Shown piece by piece: positions 25,997-37,461 of a DNA stretch of 64,000 nt. The stretch is from Octopus sinensis (taxonomy: Eukaryota). Position numbers and translations under genes: made by a program. The DNA is taken from the NCBI RefSeq assembly GCF_006345805.1, contig NW_021832716.1, positions 1-64,000 of the forward strand, given 5' to 3'. Positions within the stretch are counted from its first letter, which is position 1. Every line of letters starts with the position of its first letter. The notes under the pieces are model-generated. The model saw only the letters and a program-made list of their open reading frames with translations, made no database searches and was not told where the DNA came from.

Positions 25997-28900
25997 TCGT
26001 TTAAACTCGGTTGTATAAATATTCGCGGCCTGGGTCGTATTGGAAGCAAGGCTACCTCCTTAACGACCTTAGGTCGCATCGTTTGGATGTAGTGGTAATT
26101 ACCGAATCCAGACTGAGTGGGCTGCAGGCTTTTTCGCCCCTTCTAAACGGCTATGAGAAATACATTTCTCCCTGTCGACCTGGAGGGGGAGGAGGAGTGG
26201 CAGTGCTGGTCAGGAAAAACCTGGATTTAGAGATTAGAACTGTCTTTATAGATCCGGAAGGCAGGTTGGTCGTTTTGGATGTGACGCACAGCAGTGGTAA
26301 AGTGTTCAGGCTGGTCGCTGTCTATGCTCCCTGCGAAGGAAAAGCCGGGCAGAAAGAGTATTTCAAAAGCCTAGAGAATTTTCTTGGCACGTTGAACACG
26401 TTAGTATTGCTAGTGACTTCAACATAATTTGCGATGCAAGCGTAGATTATGTTTCTCGAGAAGAATAGGAGGGGATTACCTCACCTCAACGATATGCTAA
26501 GTCGTTTCGAATTGGCAGATAGATTCAGACTGGACCATCCAGACACTCCAGCTTGGACCTGGGCAAGAACAGGGTCGTCCAGATCTTATATCGATAGAAT
26601 CATAACTAGAAGGAAAGATAAGAAAATACTTAGCTGTCCACAACACAGCTACAGCGATCACAAATTAGTGACCTGTACGCTCGACATAGATAGCATGTGT
26701 AGACAAGGTAGGTACCGGTTACTGGAAGCTAAACAGTCACTATTGGACTGTGAAGCCTACAGGAATCGGATTAAACAATTAGTAATGAGGGCGTTAACCG
26801 GATCCATTATCAACAACAAATGGTGGTACGCCCTGAAAAGAGCCATCAAATTTGAGTCAATTAGGTTTAGCAAAGAACTAGCTAGTGCTAGAAACAAAGT
26901 AGAAAAGGAACTAGTTAAGGCAATAGAGGAGGCAATGAGGTCAGGCAGTGCATCGAAAGTGTTAGCGGCGAGGTTAGCACTCGACCAACATCTCAAAGCT
27001 AAACATGAAGGGTGCATTGTCAGGGCTAAGATCCGTGCAATGAGACAGAAGGATCAACGCAGCCGATGGCCCGGGTGGTAGAGGGCCAGCGTGGCAACAA
27101 CTCAACCATTCGATCCTTGACGGGCCCAAATGGTCGATTAGTAAACGAACCCGAGGAGATGTGCAAGGTGTTTCATGATCATTTCGCGCAGCTATTCGGG
27201 AGGAGCGGCGGGCTGGAGCGTGGGGAAGAGCTCGCAGACTTCTAGCCGGTTCGCCGCGTCTATCGGGGCGGACGCGGAATCTTGTGAGGCGCCGATCACA
27301 GCCAAAGAATCGTGGATATGTTGGCAGACTGCGGCGGGGACAAATCGCCGGGACTCGATGGTCTGCCTTACGAACTCTATAGTAGCATGCCAGACTTGTT
27401 TGGGCACCTACTTGCATGCGTGTACACCAACTGGCAGCAGAACGGGAGAATTCCTAAGTCTGTGAGCCGAGGGGTGGTAGCGCTTGTTAAGAAAGGACCC
27501 CAACAAGGGGGATTTAATTGATAATTTCCGGCCTATCACTCTGCTTAACGCAGAGTTGAAGATCTTGGCCAAGGTCTTAGCAAAAAGGTTGGCGAGGGTC
27601 GTGGGTGAACTTGTTGGCGAGGCGCAAACTTGCGCCATCCCTGGAAGGACCATCCACGACAATCTCCACTTTCTACGCTATGCCTTAGAAAGGGTAAATA
27701 GGATTCCTGGCAAGGGTGGGGCTATGGTCCACTTGGACCAATCGAAAGCGTTTGATAGGGTGGACCATCAGTATCTGGCGGCGGTTCTCGCGGCTGCTGG
27801 CTTCGGCCCGACCTTCCGCGGATGGATCATCGCTTTATACAGCAACATCGAATCGGTAGTTCGAGTAAATGGTTTCCTTTCGGAGCCGTTCAGCATTGAA
27901 CGTTCGGTACGTCAAGGGTGTCCTCTTCCCCCGCTCTCTACGTTTTGGCCTCGAGCCGTTGCTGAGGAGGTTGAAACTATGAGAGGCACTCCGCAAGATC
28001 TAGGGTGCGGAAAGTCAGCTTCGGCGTATGCGGACGACATCACCGTCATCGTTTCCCGAGTCGAGCACCTACAGTGGGTGGGTGAGTCCTTAAGGACTAC
28101 GAAGTGGTGGCAGGAGCGAAAGTCAACCGGGATAATCGGTCGGCTTGCAACTCGGCACCTGGAGGGGCAAGTCGATGTCTTCCGACAGCGTCGTAGGACG
28201 TTGGACGGAAGGACCGGTGAAAATGCTTGGGATCTGGTTAGGTCCAGATCTCCAGATAGAGAAGAACTGGAGCGAGGTGGCGAGAAAGGTGGCTCTCCTA
28301 ACTCAGACATGGTCTGAGCGGAAGCTGTCCTTGAAAGGGAGGGCGGAGGTTGCAGAAGTGTTTATCGCCTCTGTAATCACTTACCGCCTAACCGTAGTGC
28401 CTTGCCCCGATTCGTGGCTGAACAACTGGAACGCATGCTCTTTCGCTTTTTGTGGAGGGGCAGCAGACCTCTTGTAAGGCGCTCTATTTGCTGCCAAAAG
28501 CCGCTGAACGGTGGGTTAGGGATGCCGTGGCTAAAAATGCGCAGACATGCGCTCAGGCTTAGGCACCTCTGGATTTACCTGGACGGTGAGCAGGTGTGGT
28601 CTCCGTTTGTCAAGCTGTTATTTCCACAGTTCACATCGTTTAACGAACTGAACCCATGGATCAAGTGTAGACCGAGGTTGGGCATGTGGCATGCAGAGTG
28701 CTATCAGGCACTCGTGCTTCTCTCCCAGTCGGGCAACGCTGGTGGCGGGGCTACTACCTCGTTCTTCTATAGAGGATTAGTAGAGTTTAAGTGTGACGAC
28801 GTCCTAGTAGAAACTCTGGGCTTCGACGAAAATCAACTGGCCAGCCTGTTCCAAAGAACATTCGGTCCGGGGCCTATGGATAATTACCAAAAGTCCCTGG

Positions 28901-29377
28901 CCTGGCAATGTTACAGAGGAGCTTTACCGGTTCGAGATAAGCTCTTTAGACATGGGTGTGCACCTTCGCCGGTTTGTGCAAGATGTAAGAGGGACAGTGA
29001 AACTGTCCTGCACGCGATTGTGCAATGCCCCAAGGTGACTGAACTCTGGACTTATGTCGAACACCTGCTGTCGCATTCGAGAAGAGTACAACTGTCGAGC
29101 GAATCTGTAATTAAGATAGTTCCGCCGACCTTCCTGAATAGGGAGGAGCGAGCCTGTTTTCTTTCGGTAGTTGCTATGGCGAAAGAAGTAGTGTGTGAAG
29201 ACGAGAGTAAAAGGAATTGCAACAGGCAGGTTTATCTTCAGTCTCGAGCTAATCGACTTTTTTTGTTTTCCACATGAAACGGAAAATAGGCTGGAGAAGA
29301 AATGCCTGTCGCAAAGTGTGTTTCGTAAAAGATGGAAGTATATATCAAGTATGTTGCGAGTGAAAGAACCTGTTTAA
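25997..29377 (+). CDS. ORF2 of TC-family copy B: APE endonuclease, RT, zf-RVT (multiple frameshifts)
   Basis: FKLGCINIRG, ITES, VYAP, (G)DFN, SYIDR, YSDH; KSPGLDGLP, RPITLLNAE, DQSKAFDRV, QGCP, AYADD; CARCKRDSETVLHAIVQCP. Confidence 0.93.
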
Positions 29378-29393
29378 TCGAGAATGTAAAAAA

Positions 29394-29615
29394 GGAGAAA
29401 GCAATCTTCAGTGTGAGTATGTGGTTTGTGGGGTCGACCGCGTACTCCGCTTCATTTTTTGTTAATCACTCATTCTCATTTAATTGTATATTTTTAATTG
29501 TTTGTTTATTCATATGTTTCGTCTCATTCGATACCCTGACCCCAACGTTTGTTTTGTCCCCTCCCCGCTTTTTCTCAACCTTATGGTGAATAAAGAAATA
29601 TGCTCTCTCTTTCTC

Positions 29616-29648
<33 letters not shown>

Positions 29649-29819
29649 TTTCTTTTGCACACACATACACACACAAACGGTCGAGTGGTCGTGGTAAACG
29701 CGGTTGTTTATTTTATCTCAGCATAAACACGACTCGTACAGAAACCACAGAGATCTCGATACTTGATCAATGAATTTATTAGTTCTACGCACTATCTTTC
29801 CAGCCTACTAGGACCTGAA

Positions 29820-29864
<45 letters not shown>

Positions 29865-30351
29865 CGTGTGTGTGTGTATGTGTGTATATTCAAGTGTGTA
29901 TGTGTGTGTATGTTGTTTATGTGTATATATTGAAGTGTGGAGAAAGCAAAGTCTTCAGTGTGAGTATGTGGTTTGTGGGGTCGACCGCGTCTCCGCTTCA
30001 TTTTGGTAATCACTCATTCTCATTTAATTGTATATATTTTAATTGTTTGTTTTTATTCATATGTTTCGTCTCATTCGATACCCTGACCCCAACGTTTGTT
30101 TTGTCCCCTCTTTTTCTCAACCTTATGGTGAATAAAGAAATACTCTCTCTTTCTCCCTTTCTCTCTCTCTCTCTCTCTCTCCCTTTCTTTTGCACACACA
30201 TACACACACAAACGGTCGAGTGGTCGTGGTAAACGCGGTTTGTTTATCTTCAGCATAAACACGACTCGTACAGAAACCACAGAGATCTCGATACTTGATC
30301 AATGAATTTATTAGTTCTACACACTATCTTTCCAGCCTACTAGGACCTGAA

Positions 30352-30426
<75 letters not shown>

Positions 30427-30502
30427 CGTGTGTATGTGTGTATGTGTGTATATTCAAGTGTGTATGTGTGTGTATGTTGTTTATGTGTATATATTGAAGT
30501 GT
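29394..30502 (+). repeat. Tandem duplication of about 545-560 bp (Tx1 3' UTR, TC tract, unique flank, TG tract)
   Basis: Units 29394-29938 and 29939-30502 are colinear. Confidence 0.9.
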
Positions 30503-30575
30503 GTGTGTATGGGTGTCAGTGTTGCGTGCGTCTATGTGAGAGAGAGGAAGACAGACAGACAGACAAATAGACAGC

Positions 30576-30608
<33 letters not shown>

Positions 30609-30960
30609 GCAGACAGATTGACCTGGAATGACTTTAGCGATGTTACCTATACCCGGATGCAAACTGTCTGAATGAGCGTGTATGCCTGTTTGTATGAGTA
30701 TGTGTGTGTTGTATGTGTGCTGTGTGTGTTGTGTGTGTATGTGTACATATTCAAGTGTGTATGTGTGTATGGGTGTCAGGGTTGCATACGTCTATGTGTG
30801 TGAGAGAGAAAGGCAGACAGACAGATCGTCCTGGAATGACTTTAGGGATGTTACCTATACCCGGATGCGAACTGTCTCAATGAGCGTGTGTGCCTGTTTA
30901 CATGAGTGTGTGTGTGTATGTATGTTTGTGTATGTGTGTGTAACTAGATATATGAACTAT
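30480..30960. repeat. Second local tandem duplication (TG/GACA tracts with the CCTGGAATGACTTTAG..GATGTTACCTATACCCGGATGC core twice)
   Basis: Core at about 30620-30700 and again at about 30830-30910. Confidence 0.8.
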
Positions 30961-31554
30961 ATATTGCATGCATGCGTTTGTAAGTACCCCACACACAAAC
31001 GCCAGACACACGCATACACACGCACATAGCAAACACAAACACTCACACACACACACACACACATACAGAACATACACACACACACGCGCATACAAATATC
31101 ACGAAGACACAGATATATAGAAGATACCCCCAGCTAAAAAAATCAGAAACGATGTCATATTTTGGGAGCTGCATCTATTAACATCTACCGCCGCCACCAA
31201 CCGCAACCGACCCACCCTTCTACCCAGCTACCCGGCTACCCAGCCACCCACACCCTCCAACTCTCCTCACCCATTTCTAGGAGACACGTATTAACAATAG
31301 CGTGGGAAAGACTTTTTTGACGCGTGGATAAGTATTTCTCCCACTTTCCCCTTCGCTCCCTCCTACTCGTCTATGTATTTATATTCTAGCGTTGGGTGCT
31401 GTTGTTATTCTCTCTCTCCCGTACAATCTAATCCTTTCTCTCTCCTTCTCTCTCTCTCTATCTCCCTCTCTCTCTCTTTCGCTTTATATATATTTGTATA
31501 TATAGATATATTGTAGACAGACAGTCAGACAGTCAGACAGACAGACAGACAGAC

Positions 31555-31607
<53 letters not shown>

Positions 31608-32000
31608 TGTTTCTTTATTAGCCACATAGGGCTGCACACAGACAGAACAAATTACAAGGTAGAGCTTTTCTTTTGGGGGTAAAAAAAAAGAGGGTTGGTT
31701 TTCGATCAAAAGGGATCATAAAAGGAAAGAAAGAGGACAAAAAAGGGGAGGATTTTTTAAAAAAAGGGGGGAGAGGGGAAAAAAAAGGAAAGGGGAGAGG
31801 AAAAAAAGTTGATCAATAGGGATCGTAATCACAGAAATGTCAATATGAAGTGTAAAGGGGAGGACAGGTGAGGTTTACCCGTGGAAAGAAAAGCCTACGG
31901 AAAAGACCACGGTAACCTCGGCCAATGAAGTCACATGTTATATTTCTTTCTTTTATTTTTTTTTTGCAAATAAGCAACTCTCTGTATTAATTTTTACGGT

Positions 32001-35000
32001 TCATAGAATCATAGTCAAGGTGGCTTCGTCATTCATACGTGCCATCTTTGCTACATTCACCCATCTTTTTTTAAAACATTCACTAGACAAAACTTGCCTC
32101 TCTACTCTCACTTTCCTCTTCAAGTGATAATTGAAGAAGTTGATGAGAGATTGACCAGAGAGGAAAGTGTTTGTCTCTAATCCTTTCAGGCGCGTCCACC
32201 AGATACATTCTTTCGCCATAGCCACAAGTATGATAAAAATAGCTCTTCCTTCCCGTTTGAAGGAAGGAGGCGTGACGATATTAACGATAGACTCGGCTGA
32301 TAAACCGACACGTCCCACACGTGACAGCAGTCGTTCGACATAAGCCCACAGGTCGGAAATTGCTGGACACTGCACGATTGCGTGCAGAGCGGTTTCGTCG
32401 CTCTGCCCGCATCTCGGGCAGGTCGGCCCCGTGTTTCTCGAGCCATGCCTATAGAGCTTATCCCGAACGGATAGCGCTTCTCGGTAGCACCGCCAGGCCA
32501 GGGATCTCTGGAAGTTGTCCATAGGTCCCGGGCCGAAAGTCGTTTGAAACAGGCGGGTCAGGTATTCCTCGTCGAGGCCCAGGTTTGCCCCGAGATCGTC
32601 GTCGTACCTCCCCTCCACTAATCCGCAATAGAATGCTTTGGTTGTGTTGAAGTCACTCAAGGTCGACCCGGGACGGCAGAGTTGCTTGAGAGCAACGCGA
32701 CACTCGCGGTGCCATTCGCCCTTCCTCGGCCTCTTTTTGATCCACGACTGTAGTTCGGTCATGGAGACGAGTTGCGGGAATGCGTGCCTCACAAACGGCG
32801 ACCACACCTGTTCACCGTCGTCTACATAGAGCCGGAGATGTCGCAGTCTCAGCGCGTGTCTGCGCATCATCAACCACGGCATGCCCAGCCCTCCTTTTAA
32901 CGGTGTTGACAGCAAATGGATCGCCTGACCATCGGGACGCATCCTTTCCACAAGAAGCGGAAGAGAATGCGTTCTAGTTTGGTGATGGTAGGGTCGGGAC
33001 AAGGTACGACGGTCAGGCGGTAGTAGATGATGGACGCGATGTACGTGTTCGCCACCTCCGCCAGACCTTTTAGGGACAGTTTCCTCTCGGCCCATTGCTG
33101 GGCGAGAGTGACCACCCTACTCGTTATCTCGTTCCAGTTCTTCTCCATTTGGAGGTCCGGACCGAACCAGACCCCGAGCAACTCAACCGGGCCGTCTGTC
33201 CAGCGTCCCACGACGGAGGTACTGGTGGACGGCATGGGCTTGCTTCTCCATGTGCCGAGCCGCAAGCCCACTGACTTTTCCCGGTTGATTTTTTCTCCTG
33301 TCACCGCTTCGTAATCTTTCAGTGTCTCGCCGACCCGCTCGATGTGCTCGTGGCTTGACACTATGACGGTGACGTCGTCCGCGTATGCAGACACGCTCGT
33401 CCCGCATCCCAATTCTCGCGGGATGCCCCTCAGAGTCGCCAGCTTCCGCAGTAGTGGCTCAAGAGTCAATACGTATAGAAGCGCCGAGAGGGGGCATCCC
33501 TGACGGACCGAACGTGCAATGTCAAAAGGTCTCGATAGATGTCCATTTACGCGAATTACCGAATGGATGCCTCTGTACAAGGCAGCTATCCAGCCGCGGA
33601 AGACGGGACCGAAACCAGCCGCTCTCAGGACTGCCTCCAAGTATCGATGGTCTACCCTATCGAAGGCTTTCGATTGATCCAAGTTGATCAGGGCCCCACC
33701 CATGCCAGGTTCGTTAACTACCCTGTCTATGATGTAGCGCATCAGATGGAGGTTGTCATGGATGCTCCGGCCCGGCACGGCGCACGTTTGTGCGTTGTCG
33801 ACCAGTTTATCGATGACAAGCGCCAACATCTTGGCTAACACCTTTGTCAAAATTTTCAGGTCTGCATTGAGCAGAGTGATTGGTCTAAAGTTATCTATAA
33901 TGTTCCCCTTGTTTGGATCTTTCTTCAGCAGTGTTACAGCTCCTCGACTCACAAAACCGGGTATGCTCCTGTTTTGCTGCCAGTTGCAGTATACCGCTGC
34001 CAAGACGTCTCCAAACAAGTCTGGCATACAATTGTAAAACTCGTAGGGCAGACCATCCAAACCCGGCGATTTGTCTCTCGAGCATTCACCACTCGTCCCG
34101 TACAGTCGGGCAAAGTGTCTCGCACATCTTGCTGGGCTCGAGCAATTCGCGCCCTTGTTCATCTACCAGAGACCGAATGGTGGCTTTGTTGCCCTGCTGC
34201 GCCTCCGCCACCCGGGAATCCCTCGCGGCTCCAACACCTTCCATCCTTAGAGCCCGCATCCTAGCCCTGACAGCACACCCTTCGTGTTTGGCGTTGAAGT
34301 GTTGGTCAAGGGCCAACCTTGCTGCCAAAACGTCGGGTGTGATGCCGCTTCTTATTGCCTCTTCTAACTTCTTAACTAACTCACCCTCTACTCTATTTCT
34401 ATCTACGGCTAGTGCCTTGCTATATCTTATTGCTTCCGTTTTTACTGCTCTCTTGAGGGCGAACCACCATCTGTTGTTGACAATGGCTCCCGTTAAAGCC
34501 CTTTTTACTAACGTGTTGATTCTGTCTCTGAAAACTTGTCTGGACGGGAATGATGCGTTCAGTTTCCAGTAACCAGGACCCTGTCTATGTGCCTTATCTA
34601 AGTCTAGCGTACACGTCACGAATTTGTAATCCGTGTAGCTGACTGTGTGGAATTGTGGACATCCTAAGTTTTCCTTGTCTACTGTCCTACACAGTATCCT
34701 ATCTAGATACGATCTCGACGACCCACTGCGGTTGCTCCATGTCCACGTTGGTGCATTTGGGTGGTCGAGTCGGTACCTGTCAGACAGTTGGAATCGTCTG
34801 AGCAGGTCTCTGAGGCATTTGTATCCCCTTCTGTTTTTTGTCTTTCCCCACATAGTCTAGATGCGTGTCCACGGTAGCATTCCAATCCCCCACTAAAAGT
34901 AAAGGACGAGACGTTCCCAGGAATACTTCTAGACGTCGAAAGAAATCCGGCCGACCTGTTAACGGCGGTGCGTAGACTGATACGAGTCGAAAAGCGCACC

Positions 35001-35307
35001 CATTGCTGCCGTCGACATCCAGAACGACCAGTCTACCCTCCGGGTCTACGAATATCGTCTTGACTTCGAGATCCAAGCTCTTGTGAAAAAGTACCGTGGT
35101 GCCACTACCGCCCATCCTCGGCAGACAGGGAGCAAAATAAATGTTAAACTGTCCGCCAAACATGAACTTTAGCGCCCGTGGCTCGTGGAGTCTGGTCTCA
35201 CTTATCGCTATGATTCCCAAATCGTGTGACTTGATGTCATTTAGGAGGTATCCTTGTTTCCAAGGAGACCCCAAGCCACGCGCATTCACACAACCAATCT
35301 TGACCAT
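32001..35307 (-). CDS. ORF2 of the GATA-family Tx1 element: APE endonuclease, reverse transcriptase, zf-RVT/CCHC (three frameshifts)
   Basis: MVKIGCVNARG, ISET, VYAP, GDWN, SYLDR; KSPGLDGLP, RPITLLNAD, DQSKAFDRV, QGCPLS, AYADD; CPRCGQSDETALHAIVQCP. Confidence 0.95.
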
Positions 35308-35357
35308 GATTCTATTGGGGTGTGTGCTTTAAAACACAAAAAGGAAAGTACAGAGAG

Positions 35358-36752
35358 TTACTTACTTGTGTCGAAAGTTTTGGCTTCCACGTTCTTTGAT
35401 GTGTCTTGGAGGAGGTTTGTATAGAGTTTTTGTGATAGGTATTTTTGGAACCCCCCAACAGCATTTGGAAAGAGGGCTTTGAGTGTGTGGTGTTCTGTCT
35501 GTGTGATGTGTAGTATTTTGATGTGTTTGGGTGGTGTAGTGCGTGGATGGTTGTTAGTTTTGAAGTCATCTTCACAGATGTTTGTGTGGGCTGTGATGTA
35601 CTCCATTAGTTTGGAGTCTTTGGTGTCTATCGCTGATAGCATTGTGTGTGTTTTTGTGGTGTTGGTGCTTGTTTGGTTGTGTATGGGGTTTTCAGGGTTC
35701 AGGTATCTCCCTGCTTTGGTTGCGTTTTCTTTGGGGTTTTTTTTGTCTTTTCCTTTTACCCCTTGTGGCTATTTGCCATTCCGTCGAACTTTCGTCGTTG
35801 GACGACGAGTCCGAATCAGAAGAGGGTAAAGGCAAAGCGTTTGGATCTATATGTGTGTTTGTAGAAGGTGTTGTTGTTTTGTGTGGTGTTTGTGTTGTTG
35901 GGGTATTAGGGGCAGAATTTGTCTTCTCGTCATTGTTATTTGTTTTTTTGGTTGTTGTTCTTGGTGCTGGTGTTGGTGTTGGTCTGCTTTTGATGTTGGT
36001 GGTGATGTTGCTTCTTTTGTTTGTTGCGATGTCGGAGGTAATTCTCTTCTTAGTGATGTGGTTGGTGAGGGGAAAACAGTTTTTGTATCGTCCGCTGATT
36101 TTCCTGTCTTTTGGGTTGAAGGTGGTGTGGGTAGCAGGGGTTTCCTTCCAGGTTTGGGGAGTGGTTGCTGTTGCCTATTTCTGACAGCAGTTGGGCACTC
36201 GTATCTAAGGTGTGCCTCACTGTTGCATAAATAGCATCTTGGTCTCCGGCCCTCCACCACTACATACAATTTTTGGTCTTTTGCCAGTTGAACACAGGCT
36301 GGTAAATTGTTTATTGCTTCTTGGGAGATTTGAAGCAATATTTCGAGTTTTTTACCAGTCCAGCTTTCCTCTGGAATGTCAGCTATTTCTAAAATATCTG
36401 CTTCTTCTATATCGAAGCAGATGGCCGATACCAGCCACTGGGTATTCACCATTGGCGGCACATTATTTATTGTAACTTTCGTAATTCTGCGCCCAAGGTA
36501 GCTAGGTACCATTGTTACCTGGTCTGTGCGCAGAGTAAGGGTTGAAAACCTTTTTGCTAGTTCTTCCGTATGGAAGCGAACTTGCACGGTAGCAAATTTA
36601 CTTCCCCAATTCACATAATTTCGGAATTTCCACACGGAAGAGAGGCACTTTTCAATTTTTTTTTAGGTAGGCTTTCTGGTCTTCTTGTTTTGGTGTTGAG
36701 TATTCTGTAAATGATGGTCTTCTTTTGTGTTTCTTCTATGATGTTCCGTGGA
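35358..36752 (-). CDS. ORF1 of the GATA-family Tx1 element (frameshifted pieces 35847-36635 and 35358-35642)
   Basis: VVVEGRRPRCYLCNSEAHLRYEC zinc knuckle; N-terminal part aligns with ORF1 of the TC family (IEKCL..W...GS.F.TV.VRF). Confidence 0.85.
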
Positions 36753-36833
36753 ATAGATAGATAGGCAGACAGACTGATGACAGACAGACTGACGGACAGA
36801 CATACAGAAAAACAGGCAGGTAGGCAGGCAGGC

Positions 36834-36872
<39 letters not shown>

Positions 36873-37461
36873 AGGAGCTAGACAAACAGAGATAGACTGA
36901 CAGACAGATGGACTTATTATCAATATTACTACTATCAACAAGGCTGTGAGCTGGCAGAACTGTTAGCACGCCGGACATTATATTCTGAGTTCAAATTGTA
37001 CCAGGATCAACTTTGCTTTTCAGCGATACGGGGTCGATAAAATAAAATACCAGTTAATAACTGGGGGCCGATGTAATCTACTAACGTTGTCCTTTAGAAA
37101 TACTGAACTTGTACTAACATTTGAAGTATTTATTATCACCACTTCTCATTGAGTCACAGTAACTTTCCTACTATTATTAGTTGCCGGAATAATATCTTTT
37201 TATTTCGCGTATGCGCATTTAGCATATTTACTACTGACGAAGTCTAGGGAGGCAGAAATGCGCCGTAATTGGACGATTTTCATTTACTTCTGATATATTT
37301 CTGTGTTTTCTTACATTGTATGTAGTTTGATAGGCTTTCGATGACGTACTGCTATTTTAATAATCCACCTGTGCCATTACAATTATATAAATACTTATTT
37401 ATATACAGGTAGTTGTACATTTAGCGTTATAGCGTCTGAAATTGCAGATTGATTTGTCAAC

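Larger units (their letters stand above)
24055..29600 (+). mobile_element. Full-length L1/Tx1-clade non-LTR retrotransposon (family TC, copy B) inserted in (TC)n
   Basis: Starts (TC)n|TGATCGGTCG and ends AATAAAGAAATA|TGCTCTCTCT; ORF1 and ORF2 are complete but frameshifted. Confidence 0.93.
31608..36752 (-). mobile_element. L1/Tx1-clade non-LTR retrotransposon (family GATA), slightly 5'-truncated inside ORF1, inserted in a (TATC)n/(GATA)n tract
   Basis: ORF1 with CCHC knuckle, ORF2 with APE-RT-zf-RVT; 3' end ...GTGGCTAATAAAGAAACA|TATCTATC; 5' junction TATCTATCTATT|CCACGGAAC. Confidence 0.93.

Noticed and set aside
26757-34572. Antisense ORFs overlapping the Tx1 ORF2s (e.g. 33913-34572, 27912-28310, 26974-27417)
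   Set aside because: Expected shadow ORFs in GC-rich coding sequence; no motifs, and not conserved between the two families.
24212-35307. Programmed frameshifting as the cause of the fragmented ORFs
   Set aside because: The shifts are at different positions in copies A, B and the GATA element, and many fall in homopolymers. Decay or long-read consensus error is the simpler explanation.
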